36,430 bases of DNA from Phoronis australis (GCA_002633005.1 NMRA01000332.1:464625-501054), one strand, 5' to 3'; shown: positions 1 to 11,855, counted from the first letter of the stretch. Translations and numbers: made by a program. Notes: generated by a model from the letters alone, not told the origin.

Positions 1-844
1 TATGTACAACGTCATGGGTTGAACCCAAGTCGTTCGTCATACTGTTCGGATCAGAGACAAAGTGTATAGAGTGAAGAGAAAGCAAAGTACATTTAGCGTC
101 GAGAAGGTTCTTAGGTTGATCAAAAGATGTGTTTCCGGAGGTTGCTGCAACAGCAGCCAGGCGGAGAACGTCTCGGTGTTCCGAAGGACACCAAAGTTGC
201 GCAGAAGTGGCATCGCTTCGTGCGCCGAACTAAAGTGTGGGACGTCATCGTGGACCAAGCGATTCGGTCCGGGGCCACTCTGTGTTCTGCCCACTTTGCG
301 GAGGACTCGTGTTTCGACTCCAGTCACAGGAGACGTTACGATGAAGGCCTGGATCAATAAAGGACAATATTTATCATTCAGAAACATCAGCTGTTAATTC
401 AGGATCGTCTGTGATGACTGAGTTGACTCGCTGAGCCCGAGGCCGCTTCTCTCGCGGGAGGATCCAGTTCGTAAGGCTCAAAGTAGAAAAGTAAGCAGCC
501 GGAAGCACATTAAACTTGTTCTCGCTTCCGTGCAACCCCATTTCCTCATCCTGGCCACCATTCCCGTACGTTTCTTCATAGTATTTGTTCAATTCTTGCT
601 CATAATCGTCGTCGCTTTCAAATTCCCTGCTCTGCGCCATTGTTCAATGCTAGTCACTGATCTCTTGTGTTCAACCCATGACGTCACATGGCGGCAAATG
701 TGAAAATTGGCAAAATTGAATGAAAAATCAAAATTTCGAGCTAATTACACAAAATGAACATGGGTTTAGTTAAATTTTACGTCATACATTTAGTCTGTGG
801 CCACCGGTAATTCAAAATGTGCAAAAATCCATGGTGTGTACTGT
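1..844 (+). mobile_element. Probable internally deleted Kolobok-type DNA transposon (left end outside the window)
   Basis: Frameshifted THAP domain on +, convergent acidic ORF on -, 21-bp inverted motif at 9-29 and 664-684, terminus-like sequence abutting TTAA at 845-848. Confidence 0.55.
116..360 (+). pseudogene. Frameshifted THAP zinc-finger fragment (transposase N-terminus)
   Basis: KRCVSGGCCNS...SVF, a frameshift near 180, then PKDTKVAQKW...LCSAHF..CFD: the C2CH THAP signature with conserved P, W and F. Confidence 0.8.
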
Positions 845-892
845 TTAAGTTATGATTAACTCTAACACCTTTGTGTTCAACAGCCGGCTCAC

Positions 893-923
893 ACGTCCGT
901 GCCACTCCTGCAAACAACTGTAC
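893..923 (-). CDS. Possible next small exon of the secreted-protein gene (GTVVCRSGTD)
   Basis: catcag| acceptor and |gtgagc donor with compatible phase; no homology support. Confidence 0.25.
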
Positions 924-1700
924 CTGATGAACCAATGAACCACACATTAGTTATAACGTCATATCTCAGTCTCCAAAACGCAAAACGAACTATTGCCACG
1001 TATTACAAGCCAAGCTTTACACTCCCTATGTCAAAAATTGCATATCATAATTCTTGCTGGGTGGGCTTTCCCCACAGTTGCCGAGTAATTCGCTAAAAGC
1101 GTAGGTCACGCTTGCCCGTTTAGCATACATTTGAAAGGAGTTTTTAAATTTTCCTCCCAAGTTTTTATGGTCGTAGAGGGTTATAGAGCATTATTTGGCT
1201 TCGGAGAATGGGATGGGAAAGTCGTTTTTTAACATCTGTTAATAGGCCCGAAACCGGGTTTGGTTAACAATCTGTTGTTGCCTTGCAAACCATCAATTTT
1301 CTTAGCCACAAATTTCCCTCATTTCCAATGTCGACGTCGATTTTCCGCCACAAATTCTATCATTGAGCTGTTAAATGGGTTTTTGTATGTTTAATCGGCA
1401 ATTATTGGAAGGTGTTGCACCCCGTCAATACCGTAACTTTCGCCATCGGGCGTGAAAAGAGGCACCGCAACAGCTCTTTGTGTACGGCTCGGTGACTGCA
1501 TATGCTTAGGGTCACGTTAGCTAATATGCTCAAACCTTAGTGATTTGAGAAAGACATCAAGTTACGCCTTCAAAATTTAACTAGTTTTGTTCTACCGTTA
1601 CAGTTGCCGGGGGATAAAGTAACGAATACTATTTTGATGTGTAGATCTCGTTTCGCACGGGATAGAGCGATAACTAAAATGAGATTTAATACCGACTCAC

Positions 1701-1953
1701 CTTTATTTCCTGCCGTGCTTGTCACCTTTGTTTGAAGTGATAACAACATCGAAAAGACATTTTGTATCGTTAGTTTTTGCAGGTTTAGTTCACTTTCCAG
1801 CTTGGAGAGTTGCGCTTTCGTGTTACTATCCATTCCGGAAACGGTGTTTTGTAGAGCATTCACTTGTTTCTCGAGCTTTAACACCTTTTCTACCATTGGG
1901 TCTGCCAGACCACTGGAAGTTAGGGCTAAAATACATAGTGACAAAACTAACAT
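1701..1953 (-). CDS. First coding exon of an unidentified secreted coiled-coil protein
   Basis: MLVLSLCILALTSSGLA signal peptide followed by heptad-rich sequence (VEKVLKLEKQVNALQNTV...LSKLESELNLQKL). Acceptor ttcacag| at 1979-1980, aaaATG start, phase-1 donor AAAG|gtgagt at 1700. Confidence 0.75.
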
Positions 1954-3255
1954 TTTTACACCAAACGCGACCAGCAGCCTGTGAAATCAACGAGTCTTTA
2001 GGTTACTGTTGTGGAGGCACGTTTGATAAGGACAGGTGTAAGATGTCCCATGTGTATGTTTATCTCACCTGGGCTGAGTTCCGAAAAGCATGTTTCTTGT
2101 GAGAAAAGAGAGTCCACGCAAGTCTGTGAGATATTGCCATGCTTTTGAAGTGCAACACATGATCACCCTATAGCTATACTCGCGAGTGTCTTGTGTCCAC
2201 TGAACGCGTACCTGTACATCGCATGACAGCGTTTTCCCGTTCAGTGACTTTACCAGACGTTGGGGGTTCTGAGCGTGTGATAACATGTAGCCTCTTTGTT
2301 AACTACCGAGCACACTCTTTTGTGTGTTACGACAACAAGCAGGCAAATTGTCTACTACTCTAATTACAGACTACGTGTGAACACAGTCAAACTCAGAGTG
2401 AATTGGTGTATTCGTAAAGAATAGATTGTCATAACAATTTACTTCGATTGCAGTTGTGCGATTTGTGGCGATTCAAAAACTAAACATGATCACCATTTGA
2501 CAAATATTTCAGAAATGTTACGTTCAAATATGTTTTAACTTAACTTTTATTTTTAACAACACAACCCAGTCAGGGTAGATATGATCTTACTGGAGATCAG
2601 AGCAATTATCGAACAAAAGAGAGCTGGCCCACCATGCCAGAATGGAGTTAATCAGTCGTGTAAGATATTGTCTACAGGGGTGATCTTCCCAACTTGTTGT
2701 TGGGCTATAGAAACGAACAAGTTGGGAGCAACGGGAAAATCCGTAATGTCAGAGCCCGAGACTGATGATCGATATCGAACTCAATGAAGGGATTCGTTAT
2801 TCTGAGCTGGAATTTACAATGGTTTGTGCATATCAGTTTACAATTCAAGTTCGAACTCGATGACCCCTAGATTTGAAACAAAAACTTGAGTACTAACACG
2901 TAGTTTCGAGTTCAGTCGGACTATAGAATTACTATACAATTATCCACGTAAGCCACTATGCTCGGGTACATGAGCCACTATGTACTCGAGCATACTGAGA
3001 CAAATAGACACTCGTGACAACGCACAAAAGTAGAATAGAAAATGCCTGAAATAATTTCAAATTCGAATTCGAGTAAAAAGATCATAAATGCCATCCAAAT
3101 GAAAAAATCTGTTTGGTCAAAGATATTTGAATATACAAGAAATGGCATTACGGCAAAATTTCGCTGTCTATATTGCTTTTGGGACACTCCATTACATATA
3201 ACGTAGGTACTGAAATGAATACATTATAGTTCGAACGGTTGCAACCCTTTGTTTA

Positions 3256-3558
3256 CACAAATATCGTTAAAAACACTACGATTAGACTTTTTGTTTGCAA
3301 GCTTGATACTGTTACGCTCATAATTTCGGAACAGTCTACTTTCTTCGGGTGTGCAGATATGTAGTAAAACACTGAGAGTCACAACAAACGAACAAACAAG
3401 TTAAAGCACTAGCTAATTTGTTTGTTTATTTGTTATGTCTCTCGGTATTTTACTACATACCTGCACACCCGAAGAAAGTAGACTGTTCTGAAATTATGAG
3501 CGTAACTGTATCAACCTTGCAAACAAAAAGTCTAGTCGTGTTTTTAACTATGTTTGTG
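3256..3558. mobile_element. ~300-bp palindromic (foldback) non-autonomous element
   Basis: Arms of about 140 bp are near-perfect reverse complements with a ~20-nt loop; flanked by TA on both sides. Confidence 0.85.
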
Positions 3559-4218
3559 TACATGAATATATTCAGAACGTTTCGTCGTTAGAGTTGTTGA
3601 AATTTGTGCCGTTGAAGTCGGATGGATTGTCTCAATAATGAAGAAACTAAGTTTCATGAATTGTACATTTAATTTGGTGGCCAAATAAACTTTTTGGTAA
3701 TTTTTCGTAAGTCTATGATGGGAAAAGGGTACCTAGCAATGTCACAGAGAAAAGGCTCGCTGGTTTTGGAGAATTTTGTAGAGACTCAATACTTTTAGAT
3801 GTTCGGTCAGATGGGTCCTATGAGTATAGGCTAACTTGGTTTTGTCAGCAAGGCGCAAGCACGTGGGTTTAGGCAAATGACCAAGTAATGTTACCGGCGA
3901 CAAGTCAGCATGTTTGGATGAGCCTCACCAAACAAGTTCAAACATCACGCCCTCAGAGATCGCCAGATACAACACTTTGCTAGCCCGAGTAGAGCTGAAC
4001 TGAAAGCGATGGTGGCAAGTAGCCGACTGTTTATAGCTCTGCACGCATCGCAAATTTAGCAGCAAAATATCGGTAACTGAAGAACGCCAATTTTCCAACA
4101 CCAGCGTAAATAATTTAGTTTACTCAAGGGAGAGTAAGAATTTTGTAATGAGGCATCATTAATTTTGGCGGCGAAAGGCCCGATGAATTATTTACGCGAC
4201 AGAAGCCGGAGGAAGTGA

Positions 4219-4281
4219 AATTAATCCGACGGAGTGACGTCACCCAGGCCATTAAGCCGACGAACTGACGTCACCAAGGCC
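4219..4281. repeat. Two ~31-bp tandem units, each with TGACGTCA
   Basis: attaatccgacggagtgacgtcacccaggcc / attaagccgacgaactgacgtcaccaaggcc. Confidence 0.7.
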
Positions 4282-4454
4282 AGTACGAAACTGGCCACCC
4301 TCCCTCCGCGTCTGCAAGAAAAAAATAGAACACCTCTAATCCAAATAGGGGGCCGGTGCAATACCTGGGACCAAGGCGGTGCCTAAACGGGCGCAACGAA
4401 GGTCTGTAGTGGAGCGGGGAAGACGGAGTTTGTGCAAGCGATGCATTTTATATA

Positions 4455-4500
4455 ATAGATAGATAGAAGATAGATAGATAGAACATAGATAGAAGATGAT
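4455..4500. repeat. Imperfect (GATA)n microsatellite
   Basis: atagatagatagaagatagatagatagaacatagatagaagat. Confidence 0.85.
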
Positions 4501-5994
4501 AAAGGCTATTTCCCAAACGATCGTCGGTTATAAATAAGTTTCGTAAGTGTTTTCGTCATTTTGTTTTTTATACTCCAGTCTACTTAATTTGGTTTGTTTC
4601 CTGTGGGATTGCTATCTTTTGATTTTGGAGCTTGAAGTGCCAAAACCGTGTCAGATTTTGATCGTCTGGGAAACAGAAGTCAGCTCTGGCCCACTGACCC
4701 ACCTCATCTATTTGCTTGAATTTTCTCATGCACTTTGAGGTTGATCGTCCTCAGCGAGAACAGCAACAACACAGAAATTATCAGCACCGCGTAATCGAAC
4801 GAAATATTTGAAGTTGGTAACACGGTCGAGGCGGTCGAGGAGTGACTCCGGCCTTGAGCTCAGCGAATTTCTGGCAGACAACGGTGGTAACTTCAAGAAG
4901 TCTATCCCACCCACTCAAGCGTTTTCTGGCCTTAAGAATTATGTCCTTTTAACACCAGGACATGGTTAATAGCAGTGTTTTAACAATGGACATAAAGACT
5001 CAAATAACAACCCGTTTAAGACATCTCCTATTGTACGCAAGGATAGTCACCTGTGCCTATAGGTGAAACACTTTAATTAGAAAAAAATGTTTAAAAATGC
5101 ATTATTTCGGATAGACGTACAAGGGTCTAAATACGCTTACAGTTATGTGCGGTGGTAACAAAATAAAAATATTTGTAAGATGAAAATTCTTGCAGCTTAC
5201 GACGTGTCGTGACTCACAACTATGGCCATTGCGTTGACGTGTTGCCATGGTAACTATACTAAATTGATCAAAATGCTTTATTCCAGTAGTTCATTATTGA
5301 TAAACACAAACGCTGGGAAGCATAAGCACGACAACTGCAGCCATCCCGTTTGTTTTTAACCCACACCATTTCCAATTTTTAGTTTTAGTTGCAGACGAGA
5401 ATAATCCTTTTCGTAACCTACTCGGAAGCTCCATTTGCCAATGGCTGCTTTGACAGAGCATCAATCCCGACAAAATAATGAAATCGAAATAAGTGATAAC
5501 CTTGTGTGTAGAAACAAAATTAACAAAAGGTTATACAGAAGGAAACTGAAAATCTTATATTCAAGTGTCATGCCACGGTTTATCTTTTAGAAAAGCGCAA
5601 TCATCTGATTAACATGACCTTTCGTAGATATCAATCTTAGCCTTTGTAAATTTACAGTAGAAACAAACAACCTAAAATTTCATGTTAATCTAATTATTAC
5701 GAATATCTTTGTAATATTTTCCTAAATTGCCCACCTAACTTTCCCCTGGCGATGTAGTGGCCCTATCAGTAACAGCCTGCGTAAAACATTTTACGACTCA
5801 TATCTCCACCCAAATAGTTATTACAAAATTAGATAAATCTGAACAAATATCACATGCCCATCAAAGCCTTTATCTTCAGGTCATAAATCGCGCTCAAGTC
5901 AATCCTGACTGTTATATTTTCAATCCGACTGAAGCCATCGTAAGTGCTCTGGCACGCAGCACGACCGACCGACAGACCGAGTCCACGTTGTAGT

Positions 5995-6344
5995 TGTCAC
6001 GACATCACTGGGCCTAACCGTTAATAACTATACAGCTGGTTGAAAGGACAGAGGCCATAATATTGGCTGTCAAACGGAGTTGGTTCTCAGCGTGGCTCAG
6101 TTTATAACGACTGGCTAATAACCGAATAGGCTATATAGACGACCGCAACCAGTGGCTGTAGACAAACGGTGTTTTGTGGTACGTACAGGTAAATTGTCTC
6201 ACACGTAGCAATTGATTTATACTAGAGACTGGATAAGAGGTCGCATAGACACATTGCACACTGTAGGTGTATACTGGCTGTGTCGATTGAAAATTGTTTA
6301 TGCCTCTCCGTGTCCGTGTCCCATCCGTGTGTTCAACTCTCACA
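5995..6344. mobile_element. Solo LTR (Gypsy-like), 350 bp
   Basis: TGT...ACA termini with an exact 4-bp TSD TAGT at 5991-5994 and 6345-6348. Confidence 0.65.
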
Positions 6345-8321
6345 TAGTATTTTTACAGTCTAGCTGGTTATAAGGCGACTACTGAAAACATTGACAGTTT
6401 CCTTCATTCGGTACCAGCTAGTTGCCTCAGTCTTGCACGGGGCGAATGAACCACACGGCGTTCGTGCCTTGGGTATTTACATAGGCTACAGCAGACTGGA
6501 AAAGGAGCTTTTCCTCAGTGATCGGCAAAGTACGACCATTTCCATGACTCTATCCGCAGTCAACGCTCACGTTGTATAGCTACAGTATTCAGGTAGGGAT
6601 TGAAATACTGCCAAAACCTGACAGGTTTCATTCGGATCCCGCTTTTAGTGAACGACATTAAGTACTTAAAACGTAATTCACACGTACAAGGAGCTATTCA
6701 TGAATCAAGCAAACGACGCTCCTAGTTACGTCAAAAGCCGAGTCTGAACTAAAAAGCAGGAATCGTCGTGAACCGTGTACGTACAAAGGGGCGTTCGACT
6801 TCAGATTTTCTCACTGAATATCTCTGTTCCTGACTTTGTGCACAAGTAAATTAACCATAACTTATATTATTTCATCCGTCAGCATCCACTGCGTCTCGTG
6901 ATTGATAGAACCATGCATCCATAAAGCAGAATTTGATGTATTTAAATTATTCGTCACTTTTTGCACGGTCTGTAATTTGTAAAAGGCCTCAGTTGTTGCT
7001 ATCACTGTAGCCATGTGTTAATACGTGAGTGAAAACCTCGGTCTAAGATCTTTCATGATTTCCTTGAAGAGTTCTGATCAATCGATAACCTATCGATTTG
7101 TGGAACTATAATTTTACTGCACTTACGTGTGTATAGATTTCATCTTCGAGACTGGCCAAATTTTAATTGTAAGGGGAATGTGCTAATCGAAGGTTCGCAA
7201 ATCCACGGCACATTAGTGTTATTTCTCATACATCTCAATAGCGGAAAGGTAGCTAGGCTTTAGGCAAACATGTCACCTTGGCGATGAGCTCCAGTATAAT
7301 GAAACCGCGACACTGTTTCTGCAGTCAAGGTGTGAATGTATTCTGTGATTCATTGTGTACTATCTGCAAACACTGCCTAAGTGTCAACATGAATGTACCA
7401 ACGTAGACTTGCAGACACACTTGTAATTGCATACGCCATTGTAAATAAATAAACGCCAAACTTGAATAGTGGAACGTGTGGCTAGATGTTGTGCGCGGCT
7501 GTTTGTAGTTAATCACATACTTTAATTTCCGCGTTTAGCATTTTATTCACCGTTCGCTAGCTGCCTGCGCGGGTGAAGCACTCCGCTGTTCTTGACAGGG
7601 ACAGTGTGCACCCGAGAAATTCTGGATATTAGAAGATATTAATTAAACAATTTATTCAAAGTACGCTGGAAGTTTTTGACCTAGCTAAAACCCGTAACTG
7701 AAAGTAATAAACCTGAACCCTGTTGGCTGAAAAATAATCTGTTCGCAACCTTTGAAACATTTCGTAGGCAATGAATTCAGAACGCTATTCTTAACCTGAA
7801 AAATTATAACCCATCGCGGTGCGACAAAAGTGCGTCAAACACCACATGTGTTGAAAGTCGCGGAGGCGGCTCTCGAACAATAACGCCAAGACAAACCCAG
7901 GCACTGGATGCAGGCCCGTAATCAGCATAGCGCGGCGGGGATGGTTCCAATTTCTAGTAGAGCGGACTTTTAATTTTTTGCAAACGTCGACACTGTAGAG
8001 TTTTCGGTAAGGGCTTTGACGCAGACGTGGGGAGGGAAATCTGTATACACCGCAACGACGACTCTCAGCTCTATGTTCCCAAGATCAGACGGAGTTCGTA
8101 AAATCATGCAGGATGCCGTGACGGTTGCTCGCAAACTACGGGACACAGATGTAATGTGGTCCAGAAAGAGAACGTTCTCGCGTTATCCCCTGCCAACCTT
8201 TCAAACTGTGATTGCACCTCATTACAAACTCGGACGGATATTTTTTATCAGAGAATGACTTGAATTTTTGATCTGGTTGTATTTTGCGTATTATTTGCTT
8301 ACATCGCTGGTAATGAAAATT

Positions 8322-8390
8322 AAGTCCACTGTTCCAAAGGTTCACTACTCTAAAGGTTCAGTATTCAGAAAGTTCTTTACTCCGAAAAGA
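8322..8390. repeat. Degenerate ~16-bp tandem repeat, about 4 copies
   Basis: gtccactgttccaaa / ggttcactactctaaa / ggttcagtattcagaa / agttctttactccgaa. Confidence 0.55.
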
Positions 8391-8857
8391 TCTAACATTT
8401 CGGACTTCGTGGTTTTTAATATGAATTAGCAATATTGATGAATCATCAACCACGTTACATTCATCAAATCCATGTCAAAGTCGCACCATTTCACAGGGTG
8501 ACTGAGCTGTTTAGGGCAGCTGCGTCTCAACCTCACCCACCGGAACCACGCGCATGGCCGGGTCGAAACTAAATGTAGTTAGTAGGTTATTCTGACCCTG
8601 CCTGTCTNGCTGCAACAAATTTGTTGTTGTTGTCCACCTATATATATTCCATCTTTAACGGATAAGTTAGGGCTGGACTTTTTCCATGAGGGAGGATTTC
8701 TACCGCGGCTCCCCCTAGTGTGGGTCGCAGGTCATACCCTAAAGCTCTGAGAGGGTGCATTTTCATTCCACTTCGTCATCAACAGTTGTAGGAGATCACA
8801 TGATCACCACGGCATTGAAAAAAGTGGGGGGCCGTGTTGTACCGCCCATAGACTGGC

Positions 8858-8956
8858 CATGGGCGGCACACCATAGGGGGCTGGGAGGCTATAGCCCTCA
8901 CTTTTTTCGGTGCTGCGAAAGCCCTCCAGCCCCGGCCCTACGGTGCGCCGCCCATG
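8858..8956. mobile_element. GC-rich MITE, CATGGGCGGC...GCCGCCCATG family
   Basis: Terminal inverted repeats of about 30 bp; related copies at ~8798-8850 (inverted) and 26278-26404 (two in tandem). Confidence 0.7.
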
Positions 8957-9164
8957 AATCAGAGGGAGTAGACAGATGTCCCGACTCGAATTTTCCAGGT
9001 AAGAAGTCGTGTACACGCAAGCCGAGCAGGGCATAATTGATACACCCTGGACACCCTAGTATTTGTGTGGAATGAATTGGGAGAGCAAAAGTGATAACTG
9101 GTTCGTGTAAGGTTAAAAGAACAACTGATTTTATTTGCACGGAAACTACAATATAATAATACAG

Positions 9165-9270
9165 TCATGCAGCCACGTGTAGTAATCACGTGGTACGAGT
9201 AGGAGGAGTTAAACTAATCATGCAGCCACGTGTAGTAATCACGTGGTACGAGTAGGAGGAGTTAAACTAA
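9165..9270. repeat. Perfect 53-bp tandem duplication with 4 CACGTG motifs
   Basis: 9165-9217 is identical to 9218-9270. Confidence 0.95.
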
Positions 9271-9515
9271 CCAATAGTGTTAAACATGTAGGTGGGCCCA
9301 AATAAGGCACAATTCTCAGAACAGATAAAATCATCAAGAAGTCATTCTTGACAGTATTCATTGTGGTAAGGAAGGATCGATTTCATGGCCATATTCTCTA
9401 CGAAGAGACGCCTTTGTCGATTTTATTCCTTACAAAAGGAATCACCTCAGTAGTTACAGAAACAAAAGGTGTCGGGCGACAATCATGGAAGGCCTCTATA
9501 AATGCGCCCAAACGT

Positions 9516-9654
9516 TTCGCTGCATCCACTTTGCACATGTAGTGGCCAAGTACTCCTGGAAATAGAGTAGGTCTATGGTTGCGCTTCGCTGCATCCACTT
9601 TGCACATGTCAGTGGCCAAGTACTCCTGGAAATAGAGTAGGTCTATGGTTGCGC
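9516..9654. repeat. 69/70-bp tandem duplication
   Basis: 9516-9584 vs 9585-9654 differ by one inserted C. Confidence 0.95.
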
Positions 9655-11209
9655 AGTAACGTGTCTTTAGGAAACGAACAAGTGCCTTCAAAGGATACGT
9701 ATATAGAAGTCTGAGTATTGATAATTACCAGGTAAAGCCTGATGAAATATTCACGTGCGGATGAGATTAATTTAAAACAGCATTCCGCTTTCATTTACTG
9801 AGTAAACACGAAATCAGCCAAGATACCAATTAATGCTGAAAGATTGTTTTAAATTTTTTTGCCATGATTGCCAATGAGCGTTTCATTTCTTGCGAGAAAT
9901 TGAAGCCTCGCAAACTTACGCGAGTCAAAAGGGAGCATCTAACGAATGTGCTCGAGAGTTTATTACCCCACGCTAGCAAATTTGCGGCCACTAAGTGACT
10001 GATCGCTGAGGCTGGAGTGTTGAATGTGCGGAGCTTTCTATGATTGAAGATTTTTCGCCGCCGCTTGCGGTGTACAGATCACTAAGCCCTGAAAGGCGAC
10101 AATCGGTCATGGCCGACAAAACGTATTTTGGGGGTTATTTTCAGTAGAGGAGAATAGTCACCTTCTGGAAATTATCAGCCTTGACTAGAGATTTGTAACA
10201 GCAAAATGTGTTCTATTTTTGCTATTTTACTGAAAATCGCCGATTCCTAACAAGGTTTGCACAAAGTTAACTGAAGTCGAGTGACTAACACAGGGCCCAG
10301 TTGCATAAAAGTTATACGCTGCACAACAACGATGACGTCGCATTATCGTCGAAAGAGGGTTTGCTGAATAAGTCACGGACGTCGACTCAAATCACAATGC
10401 GACATTTTTGTAACGGAAATAAAATCTTGTCACGGTAATTAAAAAGTATTTTTGAGATCGATTTTATGACAGGAAAGCTCTAATTTTTTTCCGTTTTCAT
10501 CCATATAAACTGGGTGAAAAGCAGTTATAAAATGAGGCCACAAAATCCGTTGTTTTTTATTACAAATTGCCAATTCTCGTCGTTGTCTGTCAGTCATTCG
10601 CTGAAATAAAGGCCAGATTAAACTTTTTTGTGGAGTGTTTCTCTGAGGCGTACGTTTTTGTCTACTTCGCCAAATCGGGGGGCTTGTTCGAGCACCCCCC
10701 TCGTGCATGGGTGCGCGCAAACAAACACAAAAATGGCGTGTGTCCTCGCTTCCTACGGTTCTGCAACTGATTCCAGTGTTGGAAATTTGCAAAGTGCGTA
10801 CTAAACTTTAGATTCTTATTGAACATTCTATACGCAAACGACACTTAGTCGACTAAAGTAATTGTAATTTTTTTCGATACATTCTGATCAGACGGGATCG
10901 GATCATGACGGAGATCCGAAAACATAAGAACTGATACTTCGCGCTCACATTCACGTCAGTCAAAATCGACCTATCTTCCCTGGGAAATGTACGGTCTTAC
11001 GACAGTTTATTCTTCTACAATGTATATGAAGACTTTAGTTACTTTGACTTAGGCTTCAGTGATATCGATTGTAGCATTTACCACCCCAAGGGAAGTTGGA
11101 GTTATTTCAATGAAGGTAGCAACCAGGTCGATTAAGAATTGTATCAATATGGAAACTGGATCTTAGACGATCATAAATTACGGTGAACGCGCTTTATTTA
11201 ACAAACAGT

Positions 11210-11432
11210 TGACTTTTGACGAGTCCTGTCTATTCACTGCGGTCAGGCAAGAGCCACGGGTAAGCTGCATAATTGATGTTTAATTTGAGATCACTCTTTG
11301 ATATACGTGGTGAAAAAGAGCTGACTTTTGACGAGTCCTGTCTATTCACTGCGGTCAGGCAAGAGCCACGGGTAAGCTGCATAATTGATGTTTAATTCGA
11401 GATCACTCTTTGACGTGGTGAAAAAGAGCTGA
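11210..11432. repeat. ~112-bp tandem duplication
   Basis: 11210-11321 vs 11322-11429: one substitution and a 4-nt indel. Confidence 0.95.
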
Positions 11433-11613
11433 TCGGAAAAGGTACGTTTCCGGTGCTTTTAAAGCTTGGCAACGCGTGAGATTATTCAACACGGTGATTA
11501 CAATAAAAGCAGCCTAAAACACGTCGCGTTGCCGGGGAACACGACTTAGTCTAACACCGAATCGATCATTCTACAGCCAGAAAAAACGCGTGTAGGACTT
11601 GTATGATTATAAG

Positions 11614-11855
11614 CAATGGCAGATCTACGTTTTCAGCAAGGGGGGGGTAGAATTCGACTCAGATTTCGAGCGAATCCGAGGCGCGTAGCACCGAGGGGAA
11701 GGAAGGTCGGGGGAGGATTTCCCTCCTCCCGTGTAAGATTTTTTTTTTGTTGTTTTTAGTAGCTGATTTCGTTTTCTGGAGAATTTTTTCAATTTTTATT
11801 TTTGATCCTGTACCGAGGAAGGGGGGTTTGAACCCCCCCTGTAGATCCGCCTCTA
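11614..11855. mobile_element. MITE with CAGTGGCGGATCT-type TIRs and a 5-bp TSD (ATAAG)
   Basis: caatggcagatctac...gtagatccgcctcta flanked by ataag at 11609-11613 and 11856-11860. Confidence 0.7.

Noticed and set aside
2762-2782. CTGATGA-tcgatatc-GAAC as a hammerhead
   Set aside because: GAAA core incomplete and no stem I or III found
8660-8760. HDV-like ribozyme or SECIS element
   Set aside because: Could not construct the required pseudoknot or the SECIS core by inspection
9398-9691. 97-aa ORF with an internal repeat
   Set aside because: The repeat is just the 69-bp DNA duplication; no recognisable homology
9165-11432. CRISPR-like or other prokaryotic repeat array
   Set aside because: Only two-copy tandem duplications with no spacers; eukaryotic context and no cas genes
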